A stretch of 59,421 nt of DNA from Phoronis australis (taxonomy: Eukaryota; Animalia; Phoronida). The position numbers were made by a program, and so were the translations under genes. Numbering within the stretch: the stretch's first letter is position 1; each line of letters begins with the position of its first letter. Under the pieces are notes generated by a model that had not been told where the DNA came from, searched no databases, and saw only the letters and a list, made by a program, of their open reading frames with translations. The DNA lies in NCBI GenBank assembly GCA_002633005.1, contig NMRA01000346.1:323594-383014 (forward strand), given 5' to 3'. This document shows, piece by piece, positions 1-11,982 of the stretch.

Positions 1-37
<37 letters not shown>
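1..37. repeat. (CA)n microsatellite
   Basis: Pure CA run from the window start. Confidence 0.97.
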
Positions 38-215
38 CATCCAAGAGTTTCGCTTTAACTCAAAACATCATCAGTAGAAACAAAAACACATCAGTAAGTC
101 GAACAATGCAAACAAATACTGATTTGAGAGATTGCTTATCAGCATTTTTTGCCTTGCTGGGGTGTTTTGTTTCCACCGGTGATGTTTTGAATTAAAACAA
201 AACGTTTAGACGTGT
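38..215. mobile_element. Imperfect ~75-bp inverted repeat; Penelope-like terminal palindrome with degenerate hammerhead-like cores
   Basis: 38-110 aligns with the reverse complement of 142-215. The minus strand of the left arm reads tcta-CTGATGA-t-gtttt-gagtt-aaagc-GAAAC; the right arm reads tcca-CCGGTGA-t-gtttt-gaatt-aaaac-AAAAC-gtt-taga. Confidence 0.55.
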
Positions 216-2454
216 GTACATATTGTAAATGTGACGTCGGTTATTGCCAAAGCACTAGTTATCTTCTATTATTACTTTGGTCTAAAACCGGGATTGGAAA
301 CAGTTTCAACTAAATTGACAACACTTCACTCCACTCTTTTCTTGTTTACTTATGCGGTACCGTCTCCAACCAGCAGTGCACGTTGACAGAGGGCCTCAAC
401 GTGCATTTTCCAACAATGCTATTGGTACAAAACATTACGAGATGGCATACGGTGGCTTCACATAAAAATGTCAACTTCAGCCTTCCTTAAATTCAAATTG
501 CTCTTGCACTACAACATCCGATGATTTTGACCATTTACAAGATTCTTAGATATTTGCGATTAAAATGTCAGAGACAAGAAAACATGCTATGAACTCTCGT
601 GAACTTGTATTCGGTTTCACGTAAAGGTTGAATTAGTAGGATGTGCCACGTGTCGGCGGACGAGGACATCCCCACCCTGCCTCGGCGTGTACTGAAGCGC
701 CAATGAAATAATAAATTGAAAATGTTGATCTTCAATGTGGCTCCTGCTATCACAAATTTGTTTATGAATAAGCCTACTCACAGTTCGTACAATAATATGC
801 TTTGGTCAGTTTTCAAATAAATCTATTACAGCAGAGATTGCCTAAAGTTACCCTATACCGTTTCTTTTGAATTTTTTTGGTACTGACACCAGACAAGAAA
901 TTACAAGTGTTCACTGGTTTTTACCATTTTTTCACGAACAGGTTGACGTCACTGGCGTATTATTGCCAATGCTTCAGACTTCTCTAGGGACAACGAATAA
1001 TATTAAAGAAAAGGCGGCTTTGGAGATTTTTATTTTTTTTAAAAGATCAACTTAGAAAATATCGATTTATTTTGGATTTCAATAGCCTCATTCTCCAAAT
1101 TTTAGTCGGATCAAGCAACATCAAAGTGAATGGGATGTAATCGGAATCCATGAAGCAAAAATAAACTCAAAGCTGAAGAGAATTACACGAATTTATAAAC
1201 GACAGTTCTTCAATATTTGTTCGGAGCTTTTACCCAAAAATCTCCACATTTCTTAGCGGAATGTGTTTTCTTTGCTTTTGTTTCGTATAAATCTGCGAGC
1301 CCAATGATCTTCGACTTCACTGGCTGCTGCATCACGTGGCAGTCAGGGAACGTCTGACTCGATAGCTCAAATTAGACAGTACAATAGTAGGCTCTGCCAG
1401 ACTCCCGTCAAACTATGATTAAGTTTTAGTCAGAGTTTTCTGGCTTCCTTACACTCGAAGGGGCCGTGAATTTAACTGAAACATTTCAATTTGATTATCA
1501 GTCATTAGAAAGACAAAGTGAATAAATACAACGGCGATGCAGACGACATCAAATAACTATTTACTTTTTGCATTCACCCACGTTCAGTTGCTTTTGTGGA
1601 GCCACCCAATTCAAGGTAGAGAGAAGGGCGCGTTCCGCATCACAAGTTACTCGCAACACATTTGCAGCGATAAAGTTTGGTTCAATGGAACGGAAACAGT
1701 GAGTTAAGTGCCACTGTTCATTACTTCAGCCTCCTCCCCGTTCAGTCACTTAAGTGACGGTCATGTATACTCTAGTGGGCTCTCAAGTTTAATTATGAAA
1801 CAAATACATGTACTCGCCCGATTTCATTCATGTAATTTTGTGAAATCTCGCGTGATTTCGCCAAACTCAAATGCTGAACTATGGATCGCACCCCAGCACA
1901 TCATCTGGATACTGACATTTTACTAAAATACGCTTTTTGAAGAAATGAACATTACAAGGAAATATAAACAAATATGAGCAATCAGTTAACATGTTAGGGT
2001 TGATATAAAATGACACACACGCACATACACCCGCACGTGCACACCAAAATTTTTCGAGAGACACAAGTAAAATAGGCAAAAATCTCATCATCTTTTCATT
2101 TTTTGTGATTTTTCAGTACATATAGTTATTTTTACCAGTTAATTACTGACTCACGGTTTAACAAGTATCTGCTGAATGTCGTCTTCGTGAGGAATCAGCG
2201 TGAACACACGACCAATGTTAGACATCCGATCAGAGCCATCGTTGCCTTCGAGCACGAAACCATAATACGGGCGTGCAGTGCAACTTATTTATTGCGCGCT
2301 TACTGGGTACGCAGAAGTCTAGTGCAACGATAAGCACTTCACTGCAATGAAGTTCGTGGCGAGCAACCGGACTTGGCAACGCTGGCATGTACTGTTAGGA
2401 TAGTTAGAGCTTTCAATTTTATTACTGAGTTTCTTGCTTCGTATTCAAGGAAAA

Positions 2455-2760
2455 TATCATGACGAAAACGTCGACGACAATATTGGTGAAGAAGGTGATG
2501 ACGTCCGCGACCTTGTGGTGATTAAGATGACGACGGGATCAGAAAACTCGTTTTCGCCATGATGAAGATGAAGTCGAGAGTCAGAGGAGATTGTGGAGAT
2601 GGTGATGATGAGGTTAATGACAATGACGATAGATGTTGAGTGAGAAGGAAGATGATAACGATATTGATACTTGTATGATAATGATGATCAATACGACCAT
2701 TGTTCTATGTGGAGACTGAAACAGGTGCGCAGGATAACAACGATAGTGACAGTTGTTGAA
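2455..2760. repeat. Degenerate (GAT/GAC)n low-complexity tract
   Basis: Dense GAT/GAC/GAA triplets interrupted by stops and frame changes. Confidence 0.75.
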
Positions 2761-3179
2761 CGAAGCTGCGTGACGTAGGAGAGGACTTAGAGATTCATGT
2801 CAATCTAGTGGGCAAGCTTAGTTGAGAACGTGTGGTTCAAATTAAAGTATTAAGAAAGACCCTGCGCCCAATTTCACCCAAAATGAATAGCTAACAAAAT
2901 TCACATAATAAATAAAGCGAACGTGTAAGTAACTACAAGAGTACGTGGTAATTATACTCGTTCACTTGTGCATAAATCAGAATTGATTCGCACGCTCGGC
3001 CCCTAAGTCTACCGGTGTCCCGTAAATGGCTATAGGAGACATCAGAATATGCTACATATCGATTCCACAATAGAGACAACACTATTCCGCGATGGAAACT
3101 CATCTTTGTTTTCTGAATGCTTGGTGGATATCACTGACTACAAAAAGTTTTTGTATTCTTTGGAAACAGAACAGAAACA

Positions 3180-3934
3180 AACAGAAAAAGACGGCTCAAC
3201 TGACCGACAGACAAAAATAACGATCAACCGATAGATAGACAGAAAGACACACATACCTACACACACACATACAGACGTACAGACAGACAGACACAGAGAA
3301 ATAGATGAATTTCTGGATAGGCAGATATATAGACATATATATGGATAGGTATATTCATTTCTCATCGTTTAGACTCCGTTACAATGCTGGCTAAATCTCG
3401 ACAGATACGTTTATACATGTACAGTAAGTAGGTTGGTAGGTAGGTAGGTATACGTAAGTAAGTAGGTATAGGTAGGTGCAGGTAGGAAAAGGTAAGTACA
3501 GGTAGGGACAGGTAGGTACAGGTAGGTACAGGTAGATATAGGTAGGTATAGATAGGTATAGGTAGATGTAGGTAGGAAGGCACAGGTAGGTAGGTAGCTA
3601 TAGGTAGGTACAGGTAGATATGGAAAGGTATAGTTAGGTATACGTAGGTGAAGGTAAGTAGGTAGGTATAGGTAGGTAGGTACATGTAGGTATAGCTAGA
3701 TTTAGGTAGTTACAGTTACGTATAGGTAGGTATAAGTAAATATATGTAGTATGTAGGTATAGGTAAGTAAGTAGGTAGGTATAGGTAGGTACAGGTAGGT
3801 AAGTAGTTAGGTAGGTTGGTAAATAGGTAGGTAAGTAGACGAGTAGGTACGTAGGTAGGTAGGTAGATAGGTAAATAAATAGGTAGGTACATGTAGATAG
3901 GTTGGTAAGTGGGTAAGTAATGTAGTTACAGACC

Positions 3935-3981
<47 letters not shown>

Positions 3982-4306
3982 GGTAGATAGATTGGTAGAT
4001 AGATGTGTAGACAGACCAAGTACAAAATGCTGACTCTCAGTACAGGTAGGTACAGGTTGGTATATGTAGATATAGGTAGGTATAGGTTAGTAGGTAGGTA
4101 GGTATAAGTAGGTACAGATAGGTACATGTAGGTAAGTAGGTAGGTAGGTAGGTAGGTAGGTAGGTAGGTAGGTAGGTACATGTATATAGGTTGGTATGTG
4201 GGTAGGTACAGTAGTTATAAACAAATAGACAGATGGATATATAGATTGGTAGATAGATTGGTAGATAGATGTGTAGACAAATCAAGTACAGAAAAGCTGA
4301 CTCTCC
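3180..4306. repeat. Compound tetranucleotide microsatellite (GACA / GGTA / GATA) with a ~268-bp higher-order duplication
   Basis: GGTA and GATA runs; the anchor gatgtgtagaca..caagtaca..aa.gctgactctc occurs at ~4001-4038 and ~4268-4306. Confidence 0.95.
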
Positions 4307-6418
4307 AGAGGTTAGCAATTTGCATCAGGTCATATGTTTACTGCGTGGGCAACGCAATTCTTGTTTGTGACACCGGCAAAATCAATCAATTACTTGCCAA
4401 GAGCAAATTCAATAAAATACGTTGCATGTGCTAGACATTCAAATTACAATCGTGATAGATTTCAGGAAATTTAAATAAGAAAGCGCTTGTAAATTTTGGC
4501 TATGAAATTCATGGCAATCAATCTTAATATATTAGGTTTCAAAAGATTAAATTTCCAAACGCTCAATGACGTAAAAGCTCAGTCTAATACGCTACAGATG
4601 CGTACCTTTACAATGGATGTGATGGCAGGTGCATTTGATTTCAGTTAAATCAAAAGATTCATGATTTTTTACTTAAAATGGGAACTTATGAACCGTTAGG
4701 CGCAGGCCTTGGTGCATTCAGAAAAGAATGAACTTGATTAGGGTGCGTACATGTATGTTCAGAGCAATGCCTCACACAGCCGTGGGCGCAAATAAAACTG
4801 TGGAACGAAATTACTACGCTCTGGGGACACGTGTAGTGCTAGGTCTAGCAGGCGAATTTCTTGTCTGTTGGGCACATAAGGCCACTAAATAACTTATTGA
4901 CTGCATTTGTGTGTTCTGTTTCTCACATTATTGACCACAGAATCGTCAGCAAAACACATTTGTACCCAGTCTGATAATGGAGGAACTAAGTAAAATTCGG
5001 TCGCATGAGGGCATTGCGATCAATTCAGCAACAGGTCGGAGTTCGCGTCATTAGCCATGTCCTGTAACAACTCTGCATCAATTCGATTCTGTTCCGAATT
5101 GGTTAAATAAAGGTGAAAATGAGTTCCCGTCACAGAGCAGCAGATTAATGAAAGTACATGTAAGCATTTCACTGATTTTAAATTATTGAAAGAAGAATTC
5201 AAAGAGATAGGGTGAGAAAACCTAGTGGCTGATGCTAACAGACGGGCAGCCACCAGCATACCGGCCGGAATTGTCCCTTAACCGTGCATTGCCTTCGCAC
5301 GAATCGGGCGAAGACACGAGTCACGTGCTGGTCTTATTTCAGTTAGTGTTTTAGCGACTGTCCCTTCCGTTGTCCGTATTCAACCTAGCCGCATCATGCT
5401 TAGAACTGTTACATGAAAAAGAAACACAAGTAATTGGATGGATGCTAAAGTACCGAGTAAAACAGAAAATTTCATGTTCATGAATTGGAAAGAAATATGA
5501 TATATTAAACGAGGTAATAACACAAATAATATTATTTAAAGTATATTTTTGCTCATACATTTTGATGCTGGACTACATTTTCAGTGGGAGCAAAACTTTT
5601 TTTGTTGAATGCAGATAAATTTAAAAAAATGAAATTTCGTTGTAGTAAAGGTACTGTATAGTATACCGGTATATAGGTTTTATTTGAGTTCGAAGATCTT
5701 AAAGCATTTCCTCTAAGCGATTTTGCAGTGTCTGAGCCCACTTTGTCAGAATAACCAGGGCCACTCACACTGTCACTTTTCTGTAATTAAAATAATCGAT
5801 TTTGGAATATATATACATTTGATTGTTTTGTAGTAATCATAAAGTAGATTTTGTTTCGGCAGTTACATTATTCATGTTCTTCCCCACGTCACAAGGGAAA
5901 TGTTGAATGAGACAGAGAGATAAGCATTCTAGACAATCCCTTGATATAGTGTATTGGTCTTCTTGTTCGTTTTTCACTCCATTTCTTTAGGGGGTAAATC
6001 CTTGACTTTTAACGATGTCAGTGAATAAATGTATACTGTACATGAATTTTTCTCACCTCAGCAGTGTAGAACAGGAATATTTGACACTGTATAGTTCTTG
6101 AGGGTACACGTAACGTTTTCAGTTAAAATTATGTTAGTGTGCTCTGCACTAAAGATGGACTAACAAATAGTTTGGCTCACGTGAAATTTGTAGTTGTTTA
6201 TAGCTAGAGAGTTACTGAATATTCATATTTAAAGTCCTTACAGTATACACTGTTCATATTTATTAGACCTTAGACTATAGTACAAGGAGCGCAAACTCCG
6301 TATATTTTCAATGGACGAAATCTGTGATTTTAAGCATAAGCTGTGACGTCATTATTCACTAGCGACACCTGGCAAAATTAGCAAGTTTTACTTCCGGCAA
6401 GTACGTCGTCTGCTAATC

Positions 6419-6510
6419 ATGGTCGGCTGTTGTGTGATGTGGTGCCAAAAGTACTCACAATACCAACAGGTCTATTGTTGGAAGATTTTGAACAGTTCCT
6501 CAATGTCTAA
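6419..6510 (+). pseudogene. Truncated N-terminus of a THAP-type zinc finger (transposase start)
   Basis: ATG at 6419 gives MVGCCVMWCQKYSQ, matching the M-x-x-C-C-V-x-x-C THAP start. The downstream CxxHF motif is absent. Confidence 0.5.
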
Positions 6511-6525
6511 ATTTTTTTCGTAGTA

Positions 6526-6777
6526 AGGGGCCCGATCCAACAAAACTGACTTAACTAAGACAAATCTTAATTTTTTTGTAAATTTTAGAATAAAAGTTAA
6601 ATTTGTCTCAAAACCAATTAAAGAAAGAGATCTTAAGTTTGACTTAAGTGTTTGACATAGGTTTGTCTTAATTTTGACTTACTTACCGAATTTGGAAGTT
6701 TCAAAGATTGGAAATTAAGACAAATCTAAAACTTAAGTCAAAACTGAACTTAAGTCGGTTTCTTGGAACAGGCCCCT
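6526..6777. mobile_element. PIF/Harbinger-like MITE nested in the P-like element
   Basis: TIRs aggggcccgatccaacaaaactgacttaa and ttaagtcggtttcttggaacaggcccct; internal taagacaaatct / gacttaagt sub-repeats. Confidence 0.75.
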
Positions 6778-8539
6778 GGACAGTAAAATAGATGCAAGAA
6801 TTTCCCGTCACAATACACTAACCGGAAACTGAAATTGGTAATTTAGTTGAGTGGCGCCTCCTCTAGAATAGTGCGCAACAAAATGTCGGAGTTGCGAATC
6901 TGTTGTCTATAATCTATGATTGGACTGACGAGATTAATGACATACACGATTCAATAGTGCAGATCCACGTTCAGTCAGGAACAAAGTTTGTAACGTATTT
7001 CTGGCACAGAAAAACCCATTACCGTTACTGACATCGAACGTGTGATTGGAGGTCCGTTTCGCCTTCGCAGTAGGCCTAGATGGGATGCATGGACCCATAT
7101 GTGCTCATCGTAGAGCTGTAGATGTTACAATGCGACTGTCATAGAAGATGAAACATCTTTATGTCGTATTAGGCTACGCGGACCCAAATAGGACTTAGCA
7201 ACCCGGGTAGTTCCTAATCCAAGTCATTTTTTGTTTCTGACGTATTGTTATCAAGTCTCCTCCCCAGACGTCTGCAAGCTAGTGTCTCGTGTTGTTTGCT
7301 GGAATGTCAGTGGCTGATTAATAGGCAGATAGAGGGGGTTTTAGAGAAAATAGTACACTTGGTCTTGCTGTAACCCTTTTTAAGTATGCAGACTGTTTGT
7401 GTATCGTACTCTTTTGTGCCAGGGTTCTCGTTTATCACACAAATAAACTTGGATATCCTGCAAATATAGCCTTATAATTATTGTGTCAAGCGGTTCTAGT
7501 TGTTCTCAATTGAAAAAAAAATAAAGTCAAATGTAGTTGAAAATATAGACGTTCATCAAATTTTTGGACTTTAAACAAAAGCAATAGTTTATCGGTCAGT
7601 TAGTCGAACGACCGAAAACCATCGGGCTAATTTCCGACGGTGAGCTGTAACTCACGGATGACCTGCATTGGACTTGATCGCAGCGCCACCAAACGGATTG
7701 GTTCCTGAAAGTACCCCATTAGCGAGGATATACATATATACAGATTTCCCAGCCCTTCTCTCTCTATTCAAGTCTGCAGAATTAAAGGGACGAATCAAAC
7801 AAGTGCAAAACGCTTTGTTGTTAGTTTTATTATCTGACGTTCCTGTCTCATTCACGGCCTGGGAAAGTTCAAGGAACATATATTTAAAACTCGGGTAAAC
7901 GAAATACATGTAGACACAAGGCGGCTTGTCAATCAGCCTTGCATTCTACCCAACAAGATATCACTGCACGTCCTCATCTGTTTCGTATCAGTGTTCAATT
8001 TAAGGAAAACAAAATCTATTTCACAATGTTTCCACGCTTGGCATTTAGAAAACAAAAAAATTTCAGACATTCAAAAGTCAAAAACAAAATGTATCTCGAC
8101 GGCATGTAGTGAATCCAATGTCCATAATTAACGAAACCCTTTTTTCATTCGTGTAGTACACAAGTAGTTGCATGTTTATAGCCGGAAATAATTGAGGGAA
8201 ACATATGGCCGTGTACCACCAAGAAGGCAAGATGCGAATATAAATTGCCAGCTGGCTTAATCTTAATTAATTTACAGGATGAAAAAATGTGCAGAGTGAA
8301 GCAATGAACAGAAACCATGCCGTACTCGTACCGGTTTGTTCAGTTAATTCGGATGCCTGGTATCTTCAATCAATTAACGAAACTTAATTTTACCCAACAT
8401 GGGTTGTCTAATTGGCTCTTGTATTCAGAGCAGGAAAGTTCAATGAAACAGATTCCTTTGCATATCACTGCAGTCAATTGTCATGGGCATTGTATGAGTC
8501 ACTACTAACTATTCTCACTGTTACGGAACCCATCCGCGT

Positions 8540-8645
8540 CACCATCATTATGATACTTCATCGTCGTCATCATCAACATACTCATTCCCGTAATAATCGC
8601 TGTTGCCACCGAAATCCTCTTCATCGCCACTACTATCATCATCAA

Positions 8646-8679
<34 letters not shown>

Positions 8680-9540
8680 GTCATCATCATCGTCATCATC
8701 GTCATTATAACCTACAGCATCATTCAATTCACAATCATCTTAATCATTATTACCCGAACCAACAATGTGATCACTTTAATCGTCTTCCTCATCATCATTC
8801 ATCATCATCAGCACCATCAATATCATTCATCGTCGTCAACATTGCAAACACCATCGCCATAATAATCTTACCCTTCATCATAATTATGATCGCCATCACA
8901 ATCTTCTCCTTCGTCATCATCAACCGCAACAACATGATCAACAAGATAATCACAACATCATTAGCACCGTCATCATCGTCATCATCATTATCACCATCAT
9001 CATCATCATCATTATCACCATCATCATCATCATGCTCATAGCCGACGTCGTTTTCGTCATCTCACTCATCCTTTTCACTATCTCCGTAATCATTTTTCTC
9101 ACCATCATCTGCTCCATCACCAGTATCACAATTACCATTATCATAACCGTCGTCATTATCTCTCCATCATTTTCTTAGTCTTTGATAGCAATCATCATCA
9201 TCTTCATTGCAACCTCCTCATCACAACAATCACTGACATCATCAAACTCACCGTTTTAACAACCATCAATGTCTTCACACTCGTTACCGTCTTCGCCATC
9301 GTCTTTGTCACAAGAAACGCCGCCATTAGAAAAGTAAACCTGAATATTTTGAATGTCGTAACATTCATCGCCAACAAAGACAAGAACCTCGATGTCGTCA
9401 TCATCCTAGTGATCCTCCTATCGTTGTGGACGTAATCTTCATCATCCTCGTGGACGTAATCTTCATCATCCTTGTCACCCTCGTCGTCATCAATGTCGCT
9501 AGGAGCTGTCTCAGAGTTACTGTGGTCATTGTCATCCACA
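8540..9540. repeat. Long degenerate (CAT)n tract with a pure core at ~8635-8705 and a 24-bp tandem duplication at 9426-9473
   Basis: CAT/CGT/CAC triplets throughout; these generate the poly-His, poly-Met and poly-Ser ORFs in the track. Confidence 0.9.
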
Positions 9541-10987
9541 TGTTTTGGCGTAACTTCGAGGGCGGCGCAGGCCCCTATGTTGCGACGCCCATGGACTAAG
9601 CAGCTCAAAAATACAAACATTATACCCTCGGCTTCCTTGACCATTAGTGAGAATATTCAGCCTTCTCACCTCACGAACACTACTCAAGAATTTCAGTGGT
9701 AAAGTGTTTTGAGAAAACTACGTGTTCACAGCTGACTTACGCGCGGGACAATGAGATGAGTACGGTTATGGTGTCTATTGATTAATAAAACATTAAGAAT
9801 AATTATTTACTTCTACTACCGGTAATCTCTCAAAGGAGCTTTTAGGGCTACCAAAGATGACTATAAGGAAATACTTTCGAACTGCAAGTGAAAAAGCAGT
9901 CATTGAAATACGGTAAACACAAATGAATGGTTGGGATAAAAAACGGTCTTGTATCCAAAGGCTAGATTTGAATAGTCTAGATAGATTCTTGTAAAATGAG
10001 GACAACAGATTCCCCATGTAAAAGATAAATGCAGAAACTTGACTTTCAGCTAAACGTATCGCATAATTTGATAAAAATCTTGAAATTATTACTGACCTTA
10101 CATGTTTCTGGAAAGGCAACTGGCTATTTCGTCATTGTGTAATGCTGACGGACGAAGTGCTTGTCTTAACTGACGCATAATGTTTTAAATAAAGCATAAG
10201 AATGCTCCGATTCGTATAGAAGCTTCTTCCCTACAAAAGTTTTGGGCCTTTCAAAATCCTACCAAGTGTTGGTAATTCTAAGTCTTCCATAGTACTTTCA
10301 ATTGATAAAGCAATGGCTGACATTTTTGAAGTCGTAACGCAGCGGACTTTCAAAGGATAGACGGACCCAAAAATGTGAATGACGGACGAGATATGGAAAG
10401 GACAAAGTCAGAAATGTAACTTAATGTTTTACTATATTTCTTAGCAAACATTTAAAAAGGTTATATACCGCCTTTGGCAGTCGAAAATATTAAATGACGA
10501 TTTAGATAACTTCCATATATAAAGTTTGTCTCAACTTGTCACTTATTCAGCTAACGCATGTTGTACTTGTGGCAATGCCTGGCACATAAAATATCACTGT
10601 AATGACAAACCAAATTATCGAGCCTCTACAGTGTATCCCAAGCAATGACGAAATGTGGATTCTTTACAACCCCAAGAAAAACCTCTCAGGTTATAATCAA
10701 GATCAGCTGTACAAAGAAAAGTTACCTGAAGCCAAAGTTACTTTTAATGAAGGTGGTTTATGGAGCTTTACAATTTAGATTACATATCGGATTTGGACTG
10801 GTCATCGCTAACAACTGAGCCGAATTATGGTCGAACCAAACTTTTCTGGATCTAAATTCAGGAGCGCGATTTGAGATAGCAGAATGAAGGAATGGACCGC
10901 TTTTCAACCCCGTTTTTATATTTCTCGTCTGTTGTTCGCATTTTTGTTTTCTTCCTTCAAAAATGAAAGTTAGTTCATCCCATATGT

Positions 10988-11200
10988 GTGTCCGTGCCTC
11001 CCAACTGCGGTACAAGCTTCACGTTGGATACGCAGTGTTGTGTCCGTGCCTCCCAACAGCGGTAAACTTCACGTTGGATACGCAGTGTTGTGTCCGTGCC
11101 TCCCAACAGCGGTACAAGCTTCACGTTGGATACGCAGTGTTGTGTACGTGTCTCCCAACAACAGTACAAGGTTTATATTAGACGTTGCACAGCGTTGTGT
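10988..11200. repeat. Minisatellite, ~52-bp unit, ~4 copies
   Basis: Unit gtgtccgtgcctcccaacagcggtacaagcttcacgttggatacgcagtgtt at 10988, 11040 (2-nt deletion), 11090 and 11142 (degenerate). Confidence 0.95.
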
Positions 11201-11394
11201 TAGGCGCAAAAGCTCTGAACAGAGCCTCTTGAATTAGATAACTAACTAATTCAACAATTTATAACTGAATGACTACTTTAAAAGTTGCGTTTTATTACTT
11301 TTGACTATGAAGTGATACACACGTGATAAGTTATTTTATGTACTTGCGTTGAGTTTAATAATTGAAAAAGGTGTGTAATTGTTAGGACACACGC

Positions 11395-11439
11395 CGCAAT
11401 TATTAATCACGCAATTATTAATCGCGCAATTATTAAATC
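11395..11439. repeat. 15-bp tandem repeat x3
   Basis: cgcaattattaatca / cgcaattattaatcg / cgcaattattaaatc. Confidence 0.9.
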
Positions 11440-11814
11440 ATTTTTGTGCAATTTCGTTGACATAGAGAACATGTGAACAAATGAGAATTTTTAAATTGGT
11501 TTTCGTCGTTTTAGCCCCCAAAGAGGCAATAAACAATGAAGCGTTTTTGTTAAAATCCAATTTTTGAATAAGGTATCATCTCGTTTAGTACTCACATTAG
11601 AATGAAGTCAAGGCTTGAGATAACCGACAGGGCGATATTACTTCAGATCAGATTCGTTGAGGTGTTAACCACCGCTTGAGTTACCAAAGCATTATGAATT
11701 ATGACCGTCTGGTGAATCCCAGGTGACCTCATTGCAGCCAATTTCAATTCAAACTAAGGATAAGAACGCGATGACGTGGTTTTGGAAGAACCAGAGCAAA
11801 TATGTAAGTTAGGA

Positions 11815-11982
11815 ACATCAAGTGGATTTCATGAGACACAACCGTAGCCCAAAGCGGGAACGTCATCACGTGACTACAGGTCCTCCTCACCATCAGTCTA
11901 TAGATGACCGCAACCAGTGACGGCCGAAAACATTCAATTTATTGTAAGCATTTGATTGTGTCTCACAAAATTCGCCTGATAT
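11815..11982. mobile_element. Short element bounded by imperfect ~28-bp inverted repeats (MITE-like)
   Basis: acatcaagtggatttcatgagacacaacc vs gattgtgtctcacaaaattcgcctgatat. Confidence 0.5.

Larger units (their letters stand above)
6269..6918 (+). mobile_element. Non-autonomous P-superfamily-like element (deletion derivative)
   Basis: Left end cttagactatagtacaaggagcgcaaactccg vs right-end reverse complement catagattatagacaacagattcgcaactccg; CATAG..CTATG-type ends; 7-bp flanks attagac (6262-6268) and attggac (6919-6925); internal TGACGTCA and ACTTCCGG precede a THAP-like start. Confidence 0.7.

Noticed and set aside
3362-4434. YLPT-repeat ORFs
   Set aside because: Translations of the (GGTA)n microsatellite.
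8412-9041. 209-aa His/Ser-rich ORF
   Set aside because: Translation of a (CAT)n tract; the frame drifts between His, Ile and Ser runs.
9204-9644. Signal-peptide-like, Asp-rich ORF on the minus strand
   Set aside because: The acidic part is the edge of the degenerate (GAT)n tract, and the Asp frame is soon broken by a frameshift and stops.
10988-11200. CRISPR-like periodic array
   Set aside because: Whole units repeat with no unique spacers, there are no cas genes, and the context is eukaryotic; it is a minisatellite.
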